Positions 25,339 through 36,081 of a stretch of 64,000 bases of DNA are shown piece after piece. This DNA is from Christensenellaceae bacterium (lineage in GTDB: Bacteria > Bacillota > Clostridia > Christensenellales > Borkfalkiaceae). Made by a program: the position numbers and the translations under genes. The DNA is taken from NCBI GenBank assembly GCA_045603725.1, contig JAZUMP010000056.1:4702-68701 (forward strand). The letters are read 5' to 3'. The notes beneath the pieces were generated by a model. It was not told the origin of the DNA, did no database searches, and worked only from the letters and a program-made list of their open reading frames with translations. Positions within the stretch are counted from its first letter, which is position 1. Each line of letters starts with the position of its first letter.

Positions 25339-26493
25339 TATTTCACTTAAAAAACTATCGCCGTCTAAAGAATAACTTTCTATATTAAAATAATTTAAAA
25401 TAGTTTTAGCAATATCTGCAAAACTTTCTTTAACTTTAAGGTTTACGCCATTTTTTACGTTGTTGCCGTAAATTAATATTGGCGCATATTCGCGCGAGTG
25501 GTCGGTAGACGCAGTTAACGGGTCGCAACCATGGTCGGCAGTGATAATTAAAATATCGTTTTCCCTTAAATTTTCAATAATTAACGGCAATTTTTCATCA
25601 AATTCACTAAGTGCTTTAGCGTATCCGTCAACGTCGTTTCTATGCCCGTATTTACTATCAAAATCAACTAAGTTAGTAAAACAAAGGCCATTAAAATCTT
25701 CGTTTAATATATTTAGAGTTTTATTAACGCCATCTAAATTATCAACGGTTTTATAACTTTGAGTTATGCCAGAAGAAGCAAAAATATCGGTAATTTTACC
25801 AACTGCTATTACGCTATAATTATTCTCTTTTAATACGTCAAGCATAGTTTTTTTAGGTGGCTTAATTGAATAATCGTGCCTATTTGCCGTTCTTACGTAG
25901 GGATAATTACCTTTAAACGGCCTTGCAATCACTCTACCAACACCGTGCTCATTAGATAATATTTCACGCGCTATTTCGCAATATCTATATAATTCATCAA
26001 TAGGCACAATATCTTCGTGCGATGCAATTTGAAAAACGCTATCAGCCGAAGTGTAAACGATTAAATCACCCGTCTCTTCGTGTTTTTTGCCGTAATCTTT
26101 TATAACTTCCGTTCCCGAGTAAGGTTTATTACATAAAACCTTTCTACCCGTTAAATTTTCAAATTTAGAAATTATTTCCTTAGGAAATCCGTTAGGATAA
26201 GTTGGAAGCGGTTTATCAGAAACAACACCCGCTATTTCCCAATGCCCAACCGTCGTATCTTTCCCGTTTGATTTTTCTCTAAGTTTTCCATAAGAGCCAC
26301 TAGGAAAATCAACACCTTTACCTACGCCGTCAATATTAAATAGCCCTAGATTTGTTAAGTTAGGACAGTTAAAATATTCACTCGAAGATATAGATTTTAA
26401 AGTGTTACTACCTTCATCTCCGAATTTTTTAGCATCGGGAAGTTCGCCTACGCCAAGACTATCAAGAACAATTAAAAATACCCTTTTATCCAT
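25330..26493 (-). CDS. deoB: Phosphopentomutase
   Basis: The N-terminus RVFLIVLDSLGVGELPDA and ...ITADHGCDP... are typical of DeoB. Confidence 0.9.
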   Translation of the reverse strand: MDKRVFLIVLDSLGVGELPDAKKFGDEGSNTLKSISSSEYFNCPNLTNLGLFNIDGVGKGVDFPSGSYGKLREKSNGKDTTVGHWEIAGVVSDKPLPTYPNGFPKEIISKFENLTGRKVLCNKPYSGTEVIKDYGKKHEETGDLIVYTSADSVFQIASHEDIVPIDELYRYCEIAREILSNEHGVGRVIARPFKGNYPYVRTANRHDYSIKPPKKTMLDVLKENNYSVIAVGKITDIFASSGITQSYKTVDNLDGVNKTLNILNEDFNGLCFTNLVDFDSKYGHRNDVDGYAKALSEFDEKLPLIIENLRENDILIITADHGCDPLTASTDHSREYAPILIYGNNVKNGVNLKVKESFADIAKTILNYFNIESYSLDGDSFLSEIIK

Positions 26494-26496
26494 TAA

Positions 26497-27204
26497 TTAC
26501 GCCATCTCCAAAGCAATTTCCATCATGCTTGTAAACGAAGTTTGCCTTTCTTCGGCAGTAGTATTTTCTTCGGGATACACAAAAGAATCGCTAACCGTTA
26601 AAATAGTAAGTGCGCGTTTATTAAGCCTTGAAGCATTACAGTAAAGAGCGTACGACTCCATTTCTACACCCAAAACGCCAAGTTTAGAAAACTCAAATGA
26701 AGAATTGCCTTCATCGTAAAAAGTATCGGAAGATAAAATATTACCAACCTTATATTTAACGCCTAAATCTTCGCATAATTCTACTGCTTTTTTAACTAAA
26801 TTAAAGTCGGCAATAGCAGAAAACGTTCCGTTTAACTTATATTGTGAAGCGTAATTACTATTAGTACAAGCACCCATTGCAATTACTATATCTTTAACGT
26901 GTAAATCTTTTGAAAAGCCACCACAAGAGCCAATTCTAATAATATTTTCAACGCCGTAAAATTTAAAGAGTTCATAAGAGTATATTCCCATCGACGCCTG
27001 CCCCATGCCAGACGCCATAACCGATACCATTTTCCCGTTATAATAGCCAGTATAACCTTGTATTCCACGAACGTTATTTACAAGTTTAGCGTTTTCTAAA
27101 AAAGTTTCTGCGATAAATTTTGCTCTTAACGGGTCTCCTGGCATAAGCACGGTTTTTGCAAAATCCCCTTCCTTAGCAGTGATATGTGGAGTTGAAATTG
27201 ACAT
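26497..27204 (-). CDS. deoD: Purine nucleoside phosphorylase DeoD type. The start is moved to MSISTPHI; the ORF-track start is an upstream extension overlapping deoC.
   Basis: TPHITAKEGDFAKTVLMPGDPLRAKFIAETFLE is close to the E. coli DeoD N-terminus. The ATG at 27202-27204 lies 1 nt after the deoC stop. Confidence 0.9.
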   Translation of the reverse strand: MSISTPHITAKEGDFAKTVLMPGDPLRAKFIAETFLENAKLVNNVRGIQGYTGYYNGKMVSVMASGMGQASMGIYSYELFKFYGVENIIRIGSCGGFSKDLHVKDIVIAMGACTNSNYASQYKLNGTFSAIADFNLVKKAVELCEDLGVKYKVGNILSSDTFYDEGNSSFEFSKLGVLGVEMESYALYCNASRLNKRALTILTVSDSFVYPEENTTAEERQTSFTSMMEIALEMA

Positions 27205-27205
27205 A

Positions 27206-27859
27206 TTATTTACTCTCCTTAACAATTTTAACAACTTTACTCGTACCAAGTCTAGACGCTCCAAGTTCTATAAATTTTTGAGCGTCATCAATCGACGATA
27301 TTCCTCCCGCCGCTTTAACTAAAACGCTAGAGCCAACGTTTTCTTTTAATAATTTAACGTCCTCAAATGTGGCGCCGTAACTAGAAAACCCTGTTGACGT
27401 TTTTATATAGTCGGCTTTAGCGTCGGTTACAATTTTAGCCATCTTAATTTTTTCTTCACGAGTTAATAAACAAGTTTCTATAATAACTTTTAAAACGACG
27501 TTTTTACATACTTCTCTTAAAGTAGAAATTTCTTTAAAAATATAGTCATAATCGCAATTTTTAAGATAATTTATATTTATAACCATATCGATTTCATCGG
27601 CGCCGTTTTTAATCGCTTCACTCGCTTCAAACGCCTTAGAGTCAATAGTATTATATCCGTTTGGAAATCCAATAACCGTACAAATTTTAAGTTTATTATT
27701 AACGTAGTTTTTAGCGTCCTTTACAAAGCACGGCTGAATACAACAAGAAGCAACGCCGTATTTAATTCCATCGCCCAACAAACTTTTTATATCTTCAAAA
27801 GTTGCAGATTGAGATAAATTCGTATGGTCGCATTTTGATAAAATATCTTCTATTTTCAT
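27206..27859 (-). CDS. deoC: Deoxyribose-phosphate aldolase
   Basis: CDHTNL, ...DYIKTSTGF... (Schiff-base Lys region) and VKAAGGI are present. Confidence 0.9.
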   Translation of the reverse strand: MKIEDILSKCDHTNLSQSATFEDIKSLLGDGIKYGVASCCIQPCFVKDAKNYVNNKLKICTVIGFPNGYNTIDSKAFEASEAIKNGADEIDMVININYLKNCDYDYIFKEISTLREVCKNVVLKVIIETCLLTREEKIKMAKIVTDAKADYIKTSTGFSSYGATFEDVKLLKENVGSSVLVKAAGGISSIDDAQKFIELGASRLGTSKVVKIVKESK

Positions 27860-27867
27860 AAAATCTC

Positions 27868-29166
27868 CTATTCAACTCTACTCAAAACAAGTGGTTTAAG
27901 TTCGGGTTTAGTTTTAGAAATTAAAGTAGAATTTAAGAACTTCTCTTTTGCCAAATCAAAATTATTAGAATTTGAATATAAGGTTGCTATCAAATCCCCT
28001 TTATTAACCTTATCTCCCGTCTTTTTATTCAAAATAATTCCTGCAGTATAATCAATAGCGTCGTCTAAACTATTTCTACCTGCTCCGAGCATTAAACTCG
28101 CCATACCGTAACCTTCAGTATCGGTTTTAGATATATAGCCATCTTTTTCAGCGAAAACTTCAAAAGAATATTTTGCTTTATAAAAGTTGTTTGGGTTTAG
28201 TATTAAATCAACGTTTCCACCTTGATATTTAACGAGTTCAACGAATTTATTAAACGCAGTACCGTCTTTTATAGAATTTTTAACCATCGCTTCGCACTCT
28301 TTTATAGTTCCAACGCCCGAAAGATAGAGCATATTACTTGCAAGTATAATTGAAATTTCCGTTAAATCTTGAGGACCTTCGCCTTTTAGCGTTTTTATTG
28401 CCTCAATAACTTCAAGCGAATTGCCAATAGCGTTGCCAAGTGGTTTATCCATATCAGTTATAAGAGCAAGCATTTTTTTACCCGCTTTTTTACCAATATC
28501 AACCATAAGCGAAGCGAGTTTTTCACTTTCTTCAATAGTTTTACAAATAGCACCACTACCACACTTTACGTCTAACACGATAACGTCATCGTCCGCAGCG
28601 AGTTTTTTACCCATAATTGACGAAACGACTAGTGGCAAACTTTCAACCGTAGCAGTTACGTCTCTAAGCGCGTAAAGTTTTTTATCTGCAGGCGCCAAAT
28701 TAGCACTTTGACCAACGATAGCAATGCCAATTTCATTTACTTGGTTTATAAACTCGTCGTTAGATAGTTCCGTTCTATAACCTATAATTGACTCTAGTTT
28801 ATCAACCGTTCCACCCGTATAACCAAGCCCACGACCACTCATTTTAGCAACCTTAACGCCAAGACTTGCGACTATTGGCGCAACGATTAAACTAGTTTTA
28901 TCGCCAACGCCACCCGTTGAGTGCTTATCTACCCTAACGCCGTTTATTTTAGAAAAATCTAGTTTTTCACCGGAATCGCGAATAGCAAAGGTTAAATTCG
29001 CCGTTTCTTCACTATCTAATCCGTTAAAGTATATCGCCATAAGTAAACTTGACGCTTGATAATCGGGAATATTTCCTGAAACGTAGTTATTAATAAAATA
29101 ATCAATCTCAGTTTTTGTTAGTTTTAAGCCGTTACGCTTGTTTTTTATAATATCAACTATTCTCAT
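27868..29166 (-). CDS. pdp: Pyrimidine-nucleoside (thymidine) phosphorylase
   Basis: ...IPDYQASSLLMAIYFNGL... and ...DKHSTGGVGDK... are present. Confidence 0.9.
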   Translation of the reverse strand: MRIVDIIKNKRNGLKLTKTEIDYFINNYVSGNIPDYQASSLLMAIYFNGLDSEETANLTFAIRDSGEKLDFSKINGVRVDKHSTGGVGDKTSLIVAPIVASLGVKVAKMSGRGLGYTGGTVDKLESIIGYRTELSNDEFINQVNEIGIAIVGQSANLAPADKKLYALRDVTATVESLPLVVSSIMGKKLAADDDVIVLDVKCGSGAICKTIEESEKLASLMVDIGKKAGKKMLALITDMDKPLGNAIGNSLEVIEAIKTLKGEGPQDLTEISIILASNMLYLSGVGTIKECEAMVKNSIKDGTAFNKFVELVKYQGGNVDLILNPNNFYKAKYSFEVFAEKDGYISKTDTEGYGMASLMLGAGRNSLDDAIDYTAGIILNKKTGDKVNKGDLIATLYSNSNNFDLAKEKFLNSTLISKTKPELKPLVLSRVE

Positions 29167-29169
29167 AAT

Positions 29170-29988
29170 TTATATAATTTCTGAAAGTTTAATAAACTCT
29201 ATAGCACTCAATTCTTCACCACGAGCCGACAAGGGAATATTAAGTCGAGTTAAAGCGTTTTCAGCATCTTCCCTTGTAATTTTATAATCTTTTAATAAAT
29301 TATTAACCAAAGTTTTTCTTCTCATACCAAACGCGCATTTAACGAGTTTTTTATAGGCGTTTAAATCCTTAATATCATATTTATTTTTATCAATAGTTAT
29401 TTTAACTACTGCTGAATCTACGTTAGGCACAGGGAAAAACTTTTCTCTTCCAATATATTCAATTATTTCGCTATTCCCAACAGCGTTAATAGAAGCAGTT
29501 ATCGCTCCGTAATCGGAAGTTTTAGGCTCAGCGCAAATTCTAAGCGCAACTTCCTTTTGAATAGTAACTACTATTGCTTCTAAGTTTTTAGCGTCCTCAA
29601 TAAAACGCATAATAATAGGTGTGGTAATATAGTAAGGTAGGTTTGCAATAAGAGTATATTTTTCGCCTATTTTATCTTCAATTTCTTGCATTGAAAGTTT
29701 CATAATATCGTTAAATATTAATTCAATATTATTATATTCTTTTAACGTTTCGTTTAAAATAGGCTTTAGTTTAGTATCAATTTCAAATCCGTAAACTTTT
29801 TTAACTTTTTTAGCAATTTCACTAGTTAAAGTACCTGCACCAACACCAATTTCTATAACCGTAGAATCACTGTTTACGCCCGACTTATCCACTACTCTAG
29901 ATAAAAGGTCGAAATCCGTTAAAAAGTTTTGACCGTATTTTTTTTCAAAAGTGAAGTTGTTTTTTCTTAAAATATTTTTAATATCCAT
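29170..29988 (-). CDS. rsmA: 16S rRNA (adenine1518/1519-N6)-dimethyltransferase. The start is moved to MDIKNIL.
   Basis: KKYGQNFL and VIEIGVGAGTLT motifs are present. The upstream 32 codons in the ORF track have no homology-like pattern. Confidence 0.85.
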   Translation of the reverse strand: MDIKNILRKNNFTFEKKYGQNFLTDFDLLSRVVDKSGVNSDSTVIEIGVGAGTLTSEIAKKVKKVYGFEIDTKLKPILNETLKEYNNIELIFNDIMKLSMQEIEDKIGEKYTLIANLPYYITTPIIMRFIEDAKNLEAIVVTIQKEVALRICAEPKTSDYGAITASINAVGNSEIIEYIGREKFFPVPNVDSAVVKITIDKNKYDIKDLNAYKKLVKCAFGMRRKTLVNNLLKDYKITREDAENALTRLNIPLSARGEELSAIEFIKLSEII

Positions 29989-30106
29989 AATTAAAAATTT
30001 ACCTTTTAGCCATATTATCTTAGAAGGCAAAAGTACAAAAATCCTTTTGCAACTTGCCTGTTTTTTACTTTTGAGAAAAGCCAAGCTTAATTGTTTTTAA
30101 GTTTGG

Positions 30107-30886
30107 CTAAATTACTTTTTTAAATAGAGTTTTAAAATTATTTTCTACGGTTTTAGCAAGTTCTTCAAGCCCCATACCAATAAGTTCAGCAACGTATTTA
30201 TAAACGTATAAAACGTAAGACGGCTCGTTAACCTGCCCCCTAAACGGCATAGGCGTTAAAAAAGGTGCGTCAGTTTCAAATAAAACTCTATCTATTGGAA
30301 GTTTTTTTAAAACTTCACCTCTTTTAGAATTTTTAAAAGTAAGCGCACCACCAAATGAAAAATACGCCCCAAGTTTTAAAAGTTCTTTTGCCGTTTCGTA
30401 ACTTTCTGAATAACAGTGCATTAAAAACCCGTTTTTTAATAAAGGCTTATTTGCCTTTAAAATATCTACCGTATCTTTACAAGCGCTACGCGAGTGAATA
30501 ACTATAGGTAAATTTAACGCGTCTGCATTATAAATAAGTTCTTTAAAAAGTTTAATTTGTTTATCTTTATCGTAACCGCCCCAATAATAATCAAGACCAA
30601 TTTCACCTATTGCAAGGCATTTTTTATGCTTAGCAATATTGAATAGCGTAGGCAAATCACCATAATCAAAACTATCAGTTGCTTCTTGTGGGTGTACTCC
30701 TGCCGTAAAATACACTTCGTTATATTTTTCAGCGTTTTCCATACAACTTTTAGAAGTTTTAACGCTACAACCACTATCAACGACGTAATTCACGTTTGCA
30801 TTTATATATCTTTCCCTAACGCCGTCAAACTGAACGGTAATCTTTTCATCGCATAAATGCGTATGAACGTCAATAAAATTTAACAC
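30107..30886 (-). CDS. tatD: TatD-family metal-dependent hydrolase
   Basis: FIDVHTHL, ...GEIGLDY... and ...ETDAPFL... are present. Confidence 0.85.
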   Translation of the reverse strand: MLNFIDVHTHLCDEKITVQFDGVRERYINANVNYVVDSGCSVKTSKSCMENAEKYNEVYFTAGVHPQEATDSFDYGDLPTLFNIAKHKKCLAIGEIGLDYYWGGYDKDKQIKLFKELIYNADALNLPIVIHSRSACKDTVDILKANKPLLKNGFLMHCYSESYETAKELLKLGAYFSFGGALTFKNSKRGEVLKKLPIDRVLFETDAPFLTPMPFRGQVNEPSYVLYVYKYVAELIGMGLEELAKTVENNFKTLFKKVI

Positions 30887-32865
30887 ACTTCTGCTCCTGC
30901 AGGCATATCTTTTTCAGGAGAAATTAAAACGACTTTATCGTCCTTTTCAGCGCATAAAACCATACCTTGGCTAACTACACCACAAAGTTTAGCAGGCTTT
31001 AAGTTATATACTAAAATAACTTTTTTACCAACCAATTCTTCTGGTGTATAGTAATTTGCAAGCCCTGACGCTACGGTTCTTTCTTCATCGCCAACGTCTA
31101 ACGTAAGTTTTAAAAGTTTATTGGATTTTTCAACTTTTTCACACGCTTTAACAACCGCTACTCTAAGTTCGGTTTTAAAAAATTCATCAATAGATATTTC
31201 AGGTTTTTCTTCAATAACTTTATTTTCTTCCATCTTCTTAGCTTCTTCCCTTTTTGCTTTTTCTTGCGCTTTATGGCGAGCCGTCATCATCTTTTCAATT
31301 TCTTCAATTTCTTTTTTAACGTCAATTCTTGGGAAAACAGGCTCAGCCTTAATAATTTGAGTACCACCTTTTAATTCGCCAAATTTAACGCTATCAAAAT
31401 CTTTAATCTCACAACCGTTTATTGAGAAGAAACTTAAAATTTTATCAGGTGCTTTAGTAATAAACGGCTTCAAAAGTATTGCAGAAATTCTTATACATTC
31501 TGATAAAACGTACATAACGGTCGAAAGCCTATCTTTTAAACTCGGGTCTTTTCCGAGTTTCCAAGGCTCAGTTTCGTCAATATACTTATTTGCCCTTTCA
31601 ACGAGTTTGAAAATTTCGCTAAGCGCAGTTGGAACGTCTATCGCGTCAATATACTTTTTAACTTGTGGCAACACGCCGTTTGCTAAAGCAATAACTTCGT
31701 TATCAAGTTCAGTATAACCCGTAGGATTAGGTAAAACGCCACCGAAATATTGAGTTATCATAGCAGTTGTTCTTGAAACTAAATTTCCAAGCGCGTTAGA
31801 CAAATCGCCGTTAATTCTTTTAAGTAAACTTTCGTTAGTGTAAACGCCGTCGTTCCCAAAAGGAATTTCACGAAGTAAGAAATACCTTAAAGCGTCGCAC
31901 CCGTATCTATCAACGAGTTCTTTAGGGTCGGTAATTTCCGTTTTAATATTTTCACCTTTACTCTTTGAAAGTTTATCTCCACCAATTAAAAGCCAGCCGT
32001 GACCGTAAACCTTATTAGGTACGGGAATATCAAGTGCCATAAGTATTGCAGGCCAAATAATAGTATGGAATCTTACAATTTCTTTACCTACCATTTGTAA
32101 GTTTGCAGGCCAATATTTTTTATATAAACTATCGTCATCACTGCCGTATCCAAGCGCAGTTATATAGTTAGTTAACGCGTCAACCCACACGTAAACGGTG
32201 TGCTTATCGTCAAAAGTAACGGGAATACCCCACTTTATAGTCGTTCTAGAAACGCAAAGGTCTTGAAGCCCTGGTTTTATGAAGTTGTTAACCATTTCGT
32301 TTATACGTGATTTAGGTTGTAAAAACTCAGCGTTTTCTTCGTAAAGTTTTAAAATTCTATCAGCGTATTTAGAAAGGCGGAAGAAATAACTTTCTTCTTT
32401 ACCCTTTTGAACGGGTCTGCCACAGTCCGGACACTTGCCGTCAACAAGTTGAGACTCAGTCCAAAACGATTCGCAAGGCGTACAGTACCAGCCTTCGTAT
32501 TCCGACTTGTATATTTCACCTTTATCGTAAAGTTGTTTAAATATACGTTGAACGCCTTTAACGTGATAATCGTCAGTAGTTCTTATAAATTTATCGTAAG
32601 AAATATCAAGTTCCTTCCAAATATTTTTAAGCCCGTCAACGAGTGGGTTAATAAATTCTATTGGAGTAACACCCTTTTCTTGCGCTTTCTTTTCAATTTT
32701 TTGACCGTGCTCGTCAGTGCCTGTTAAAAAGAAGACGTCCTTTTTAAGCATACGGTTAAATCTAGCAATAGCATCACAAACAACGGTAGTATAACAATGA
32801 CCTATATGCCAATTACCGCTTGGATAATAAATTGGGGTTGTAATATAAAAGGTATTTTTATCCAT
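30880..32865 (-). CDS. metG: Methionyl-tRNA synthetase with a C-terminal tRNA-binding (EMAP/Trbp111-like) domain. The start is moved to MDKNTFY.
   Basis: HIGH-type motif NWHIGH, KMSKS-type motif KLSKSKG and Zn-knuckle cysteines are present. SD aggagag precedes the ATG at 32863-32865. Confidence 0.92.
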   Translation of the reverse strand: MDKNTFYITTPIYYPSGNWHIGHCYTTVVCDAIARFNRMLKKDVFFLTGTDEHGQKIEKKAQEKGVTPIEFINPLVDGLKNIWKELDISYDKFIRTTDDYHVKGVQRIFKQLYDKGEIYKSEYEGWYCTPCESFWTESQLVDGKCPDCGRPVQKGKEESYFFRLSKYADRILKLYEENAEFLQPKSRINEMVNNFIKPGLQDLCVSRTTIKWGIPVTFDDKHTVYVWVDALTNYITALGYGSDDDSLYKKYWPANLQMVGKEIVRFHTIIWPAILMALDIPVPNKVYGHGWLLIGGDKLSKSKGENIKTEITDPKELVDRYGCDALRYFLLREIPFGNDGVYTNESLLKRINGDLSNALGNLVSRTTAMITQYFGGVLPNPTGYTELDNEVIALANGVLPQVKKYIDAIDVPTALSEIFKLVERANKYIDETEPWKLGKDPSLKDRLSTVMYVLSECIRISAILLKPFITKAPDKILSFFSINGCEIKDFDSVKFGELKGGTQIIKAEPVFPRIDVKKEIEEIEKMMTARHKAQEKAKREEAKKMEENKVIEEKPEISIDEFFKTELRVAVVKACEKVEKSNKLLKLTLDVGDEERTVASGLANYYTPEELVGKKVILVYNLKPAKLCGVVSQGMVLCAEKDDKVVLISPEKDMPAGAEVC

Positions 32866-32965
32866 AACTCTCCTATAAAATCGCATTAATCGATTATAAA
32901 TTTACTATTTTTACAATTATAACACATTTAATACTAAAAAATCAATACTTTTCATACTTTAAAGT

Positions 32966-33505
32966 ATGAATGTTTTATTTTCCTTAATTACGCTAATATC
33001 TATAATTTTAATTATTTTTAAAGACCCAAACTTACTATTAACGGCATTTTCTGACGGAACTAAAAACGCTTTTGAATTATCGATTACGCTTATTTGCGTT
33101 TACGCTGTATGGCTTGGAATTAATGAAATTTTAAATCAAAGTGGGCTTAGCAAAAAACTATCTAAAATTTTAAAAACACCTATTAAAAAACTTTTTAAAT
33201 CAGATGATGAAAAAACGCTTGAACTTTTATCTTTATCTCTTTCATCAAATATGCTTGGACTTGGAGGAATTGCAACGCCTATTAGTATTGACGCAATGCA
33301 TTTACTCGACAGTAAAAACAACGAACACGCCAAAACTATGCTTTTTGTAATATCTGCAACTTCAATTCAACTTTTCCCAATTACCGTTATGCAACTTTTA
33401 ACTAAACTTGGCTCTCTAAACCCAACTAGCATTTTTTTGCCTACGCTTATTTGCACGCTTTTTTCATCAATAATAGGAGTTTTACTAGTTAAAATATTTG
33501 CATGA
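32966..33505 (+). CDS. spmA: Spore maturation protein A (nucleoside recognition domain)
   Basis: Membrane protein with the typical pairing and size relative to the following spmB-like gene, which it overlaps by 4 nt. Confidence 0.65.
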   Translation: MNVLFSLITLISIILIIFKDPNLLLTAFSDGTKNAFELSITLICVYAVWLGINEILNQSGLSKKLSKILKTPIKKLFKSDDEKTLELLSLSLSSNMLGLGGIATPISIDAMHLLDSKNNEHAKTMLFVISATSIQLFPITVMQLLTKLGSLNPTSIFLPTLICTLFSSIIGVLLVKIFA

Positions 33506-34017
33506 ATACGATAGTTTATATAATTCCAATTTTAATACTTTTTCTTTTATTTTACTCAATTATAAAAAGGAAAAACGTATACGAATTGTTTGTTTTAGGA
33601 ACTAAAGAAACTCTGCCTTTAATATTTTCACTTTTTCCGTATCTAATTGCAATTTTGGTTATGAACGAACTTATGAAAGTAAGTGGGCTTTTAGATATAA
33701 TTATTACAGTTTTATCGCCAGTATTTTGCTTTTTTGGAGTTCCTAAAGAAGTAATTGGTCTAATTATAATAAAACCCTTTTCAGGCAGTGGAAGTCTAGC
33801 CATTTTAAACGACGTTTTAGTAAATAACGGCGTTAACGGTTTTATATCGACGACTGCTTGCTGTTTATTTGGAAGTAGCGAAACGATATTCTATATTTCT
33901 GCCGTATACTACGCTAAATGCAAAAATAAACAGGCAACTAAAGCAATAATAATATCTCTAGTCGCCTGTTTTATATCAACAGTGTTTACTTGTTTTATAT
34001 GTAGGTTTTTTACTTAA
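33502..34017 (+). CDS. spmB: Spore maturation protein B
   Basis: 171-aa membrane protein containing ...KPFSGSGSLAIL.... Confidence 0.65.
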   Translation: MNTIVYIIPILILFLLFYSIIKRKNVYELFVLGTKETLPLIFSLFPYLIAILVMNELMKVSGLLDIIITVLSPVFCFFGVPKEVIGLIIIKPFSGSGSLAILNDVLVNNGVNGFISTTACCLFGSSETIFYISAVYYAKCKNKQATKAIIISLVACFISTVFTCFICRFFT

Positions 34018-34029
34018 CGATGAAATTTA

Positions 34030-35307
34030 TTAATCTTCAACGTCTAACGCTTCTAACCCCTTTTTACTTTCCGGCTTACTATCGCCGTGTTTAACAAAGA
34101 ACATAGTAATAAATGCAAGTGCAACGCAAATCGAAGCGTAAGGGAATAACGGATGCATATTGCCCGCTAAATCCATTATAATACCAGATAAAATTGGCGT
34201 TACTATTTGAGCCGACATACTTGCCGTATAATACCAGCCTGTATATTTACCTACGTCGCCTTGTTTTGCAAGTTCTACGACCATTGGGAATGAGTTAACG
34301 TTAATAGTTGCCCAGCCAATACCTGCAAAAGCAAATAAAATATACATAAATATCGGGCTTGACGTACTAGTCATAAAGATTGCAATAAAAAATGAAATTG
34401 CTAAAAGCGCAACGCCAACTAAAATAGTTTTTCGCCTACCTATTTTGCTTGCAACTATTCCTACGGGAATATAAGCAATAATCGCACCACCTTGAGCAAT
34501 CATAAGCGTCAAATCATAACTTTGATTTAAAACGTCTTTAGCATATAACGAGTATTTAGAAGTTACGGCGTTATAACCCATATACCAAAGCGCAACTGAA
34601 GCCAAAATAAGAAGTAATGAAGTAAATTGCCCTTTTGTAAGTTTTACTTTAGTAGAAACAACTTCTTCAGTATCGTTTTCAGGATAATACTTTAAAGTAT
34701 CTTCTAACATTTGTTTAGCCCACTTATTTTCTTTAACGGTTAAAATAAAAACTATTAAAGCAACGAGCATTATTCCCGAACAGCCTATAAAATACAAAAA
34801 GAAATTACTCATATGCTCTTTCCCAACCGGAATAAGAATACCTAAAACTAATATAAGTAATCCACCAGCCGTACCCATAAGGTTAATAATTGCATTACCT
34901 TTTGAGCGTAAAGGCTTACAAGTTACGTCAGGCATAAGAGCAACTGCCGGAGAACGAAAAGTTGCCATTGAAATCAACGTTAAGAGTAAAACTACAATAA
35001 ATAATACCACGTTATTGATTAATGGAATAAATATAAATGAAATTACAGCACAAATAGTACCTATAAAAATAAACGGCGTTCTTCGACCGAATTTCGTATT
35101 CGTTTTATCTGATAGCCCACCAAATAAAGGCAATAAAAATACTGCTAAAACGTTATCAAACGCCATAATAATGCCTGACTCAGTTTGACTCATACCAAAC
35201 CTATAAGTTAAAATCATAGGAATAGTTTTATCATACGCTTGCCAAAACGCACTTATTAGAAAAAATGCAAACCCAACTAAAATTACTCTTTTGTAATTTA
35301 ATTTCAT
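34030..35307 (-). CDS. MFS transporter of the GPH/SLC45-like type
   Basis: About 12 TM segments, with ...GGLSDKTNTKFGRRTPFIFIG... (the D-x-x-x-x-GRR-P motif of GPH-type symporters). Confidence 0.7.
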   Translation of the reverse strand: MKLNYKRVILVGFAFFLISAFWQAYDKTIPMILTYRFGMSQTESGIIMAFDNVLAVFLLPLFGGLSDKTNTKFGRRTPFIFIGTICAVISFIFIPLINNVVLFIVVLLLTLISMATFRSPAVALMPDVTCKPLRSKGNAIINLMGTAGGLLILVLGILIPVGKEHMSNFFLYFIGCSGIMLVALIVFILTVKENKWAKQMLEDTLKYYPENDTEEVVSTKVKLTKGQFTSLLLILASVALWYMGYNAVTSKYSLYAKDVLNQSYDLTLMIAQGGAIIAYIPVGIVASKIGRRKTILVGVALLAISFFIAIFMTSTSSPIFMYILFAFAGIGWATINVNSFPMVVELAKQGDVGKYTGWYYTASMSAQIVTPILSGIIMDLAGNMHPLFPYASICVALAFITMFFVKHGDSKPESKKGLEALDVED

Positions 35308-35330
35308 AAATTCCCCTACTAAATCATTTT

Positions 35331-36053
35331 CTATTTTTCAAGAGCATATAAAAGTTTTCTACAACTTTCACACTCTTTAATCGTGCCGTCTGCAAGTTGG
35401 TTTACAGCGTTAATCGACATGCCCGTTGCACACGCCGGACAGTATGCCGAACCTTTAGAAATATCAACTCCGTATATAATTGGGAATTTTTTATCGTTAC
35501 GCCTAACCGTATATTTTTCCATTAAATCTGCGTCGATATCCTTTTTTAATAATTCAAGTTTTTCTTTTAATTGGTTCATTTCTTGAGTTTTACTATCTTT
35601 AAGCGCTTTAAATTTTGGTCCGTATTCAGAATATTGCGCTTGCATTTGTTTAGTTGCAACTCTAAGTTTATTGAACTCTTTTAAAATATCGTCCATTTCC
35701 TTAGTTAAGGCGTTAATTTTATTTTCTAAATTAGAAATACCGTCGATTGTTGATTGAAACTTCTTTTTTAAATAATTGAGTTCGTTTTCATTTTCACAAC
35801 TATCGATATTAGATGAAGATTCTTCTGCAAGGCTATTTAATTTTTCAATTTCAGCCATTGCAAGATTATAAGAATCAACCGTAACTTTTGCTTTTGCTTC
35901 TAAAGAAGCAAGCGTATCGTTAACAGTAGACAAAAACTTTTTAGCAGTTAAGAATTTTTGTGATTCTTCACTCTTTCTTAATTCATCTTCTAAAACTTTG
36001 AGATTTTTATCAACTTCTTGATAATTAACAAGTTTTTCGATTTGTTTATTCAT
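35331..36053 (-). CDS. Coiled-coil plus C4 zinc-ribbon protein (COG1579 family)
   Basis: A long coiled coil is followed by CPACATG...CESCRKLL. It sits next to Nif3, as in many bacteria. Confidence 0.7.
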   Translation of the reverse strand: MNKQIEKLVNYQEVDKNLKVLEDELRKSEESQKFLTAKKFLSTVNDTLASLEAKAKVTVDSYNLAMAEIEKLNSLAEESSSNIDSCENENELNYLKKKFQSTIDGISNLENKINALTKEMDDILKEFNKLRVATKQMQAQYSEYGPKFKALKDSKTQEMNQLKEKLELLKKDIDADLMEKYTVRRNDKKFPIIYGVDISKGSAYCPACATGMSINAVNQLADGTIKECESCRKLLYALEK

Positions 36054-36081
36054 ATATAAATACCTCCAAGGTTTTATTCCG

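Noticed and set aside
26497-32886. N-terminal extensions in the ORF track for deoD (to 27264), rsmA (to 30084) and metG (to 32886). The same applies to the ECF-S gene (to 57669), the YcxB-like gene (to 61393) and the XRE gene (from 43924).
   Set aside because: The extensions overlap upstream genes or promoter elements, use non-ATG or SD-less starts, and add residues with no family-like sequence. Internal ATGs with good SDs give N-termini matching the known families.
32866-32965. A T-box leader upstream of metG.
   Set aside because: Only about 100 nt of AT-rich sequence is shared with the divergent spmA promoter. That is too short, and no T-box or specifier features are present.
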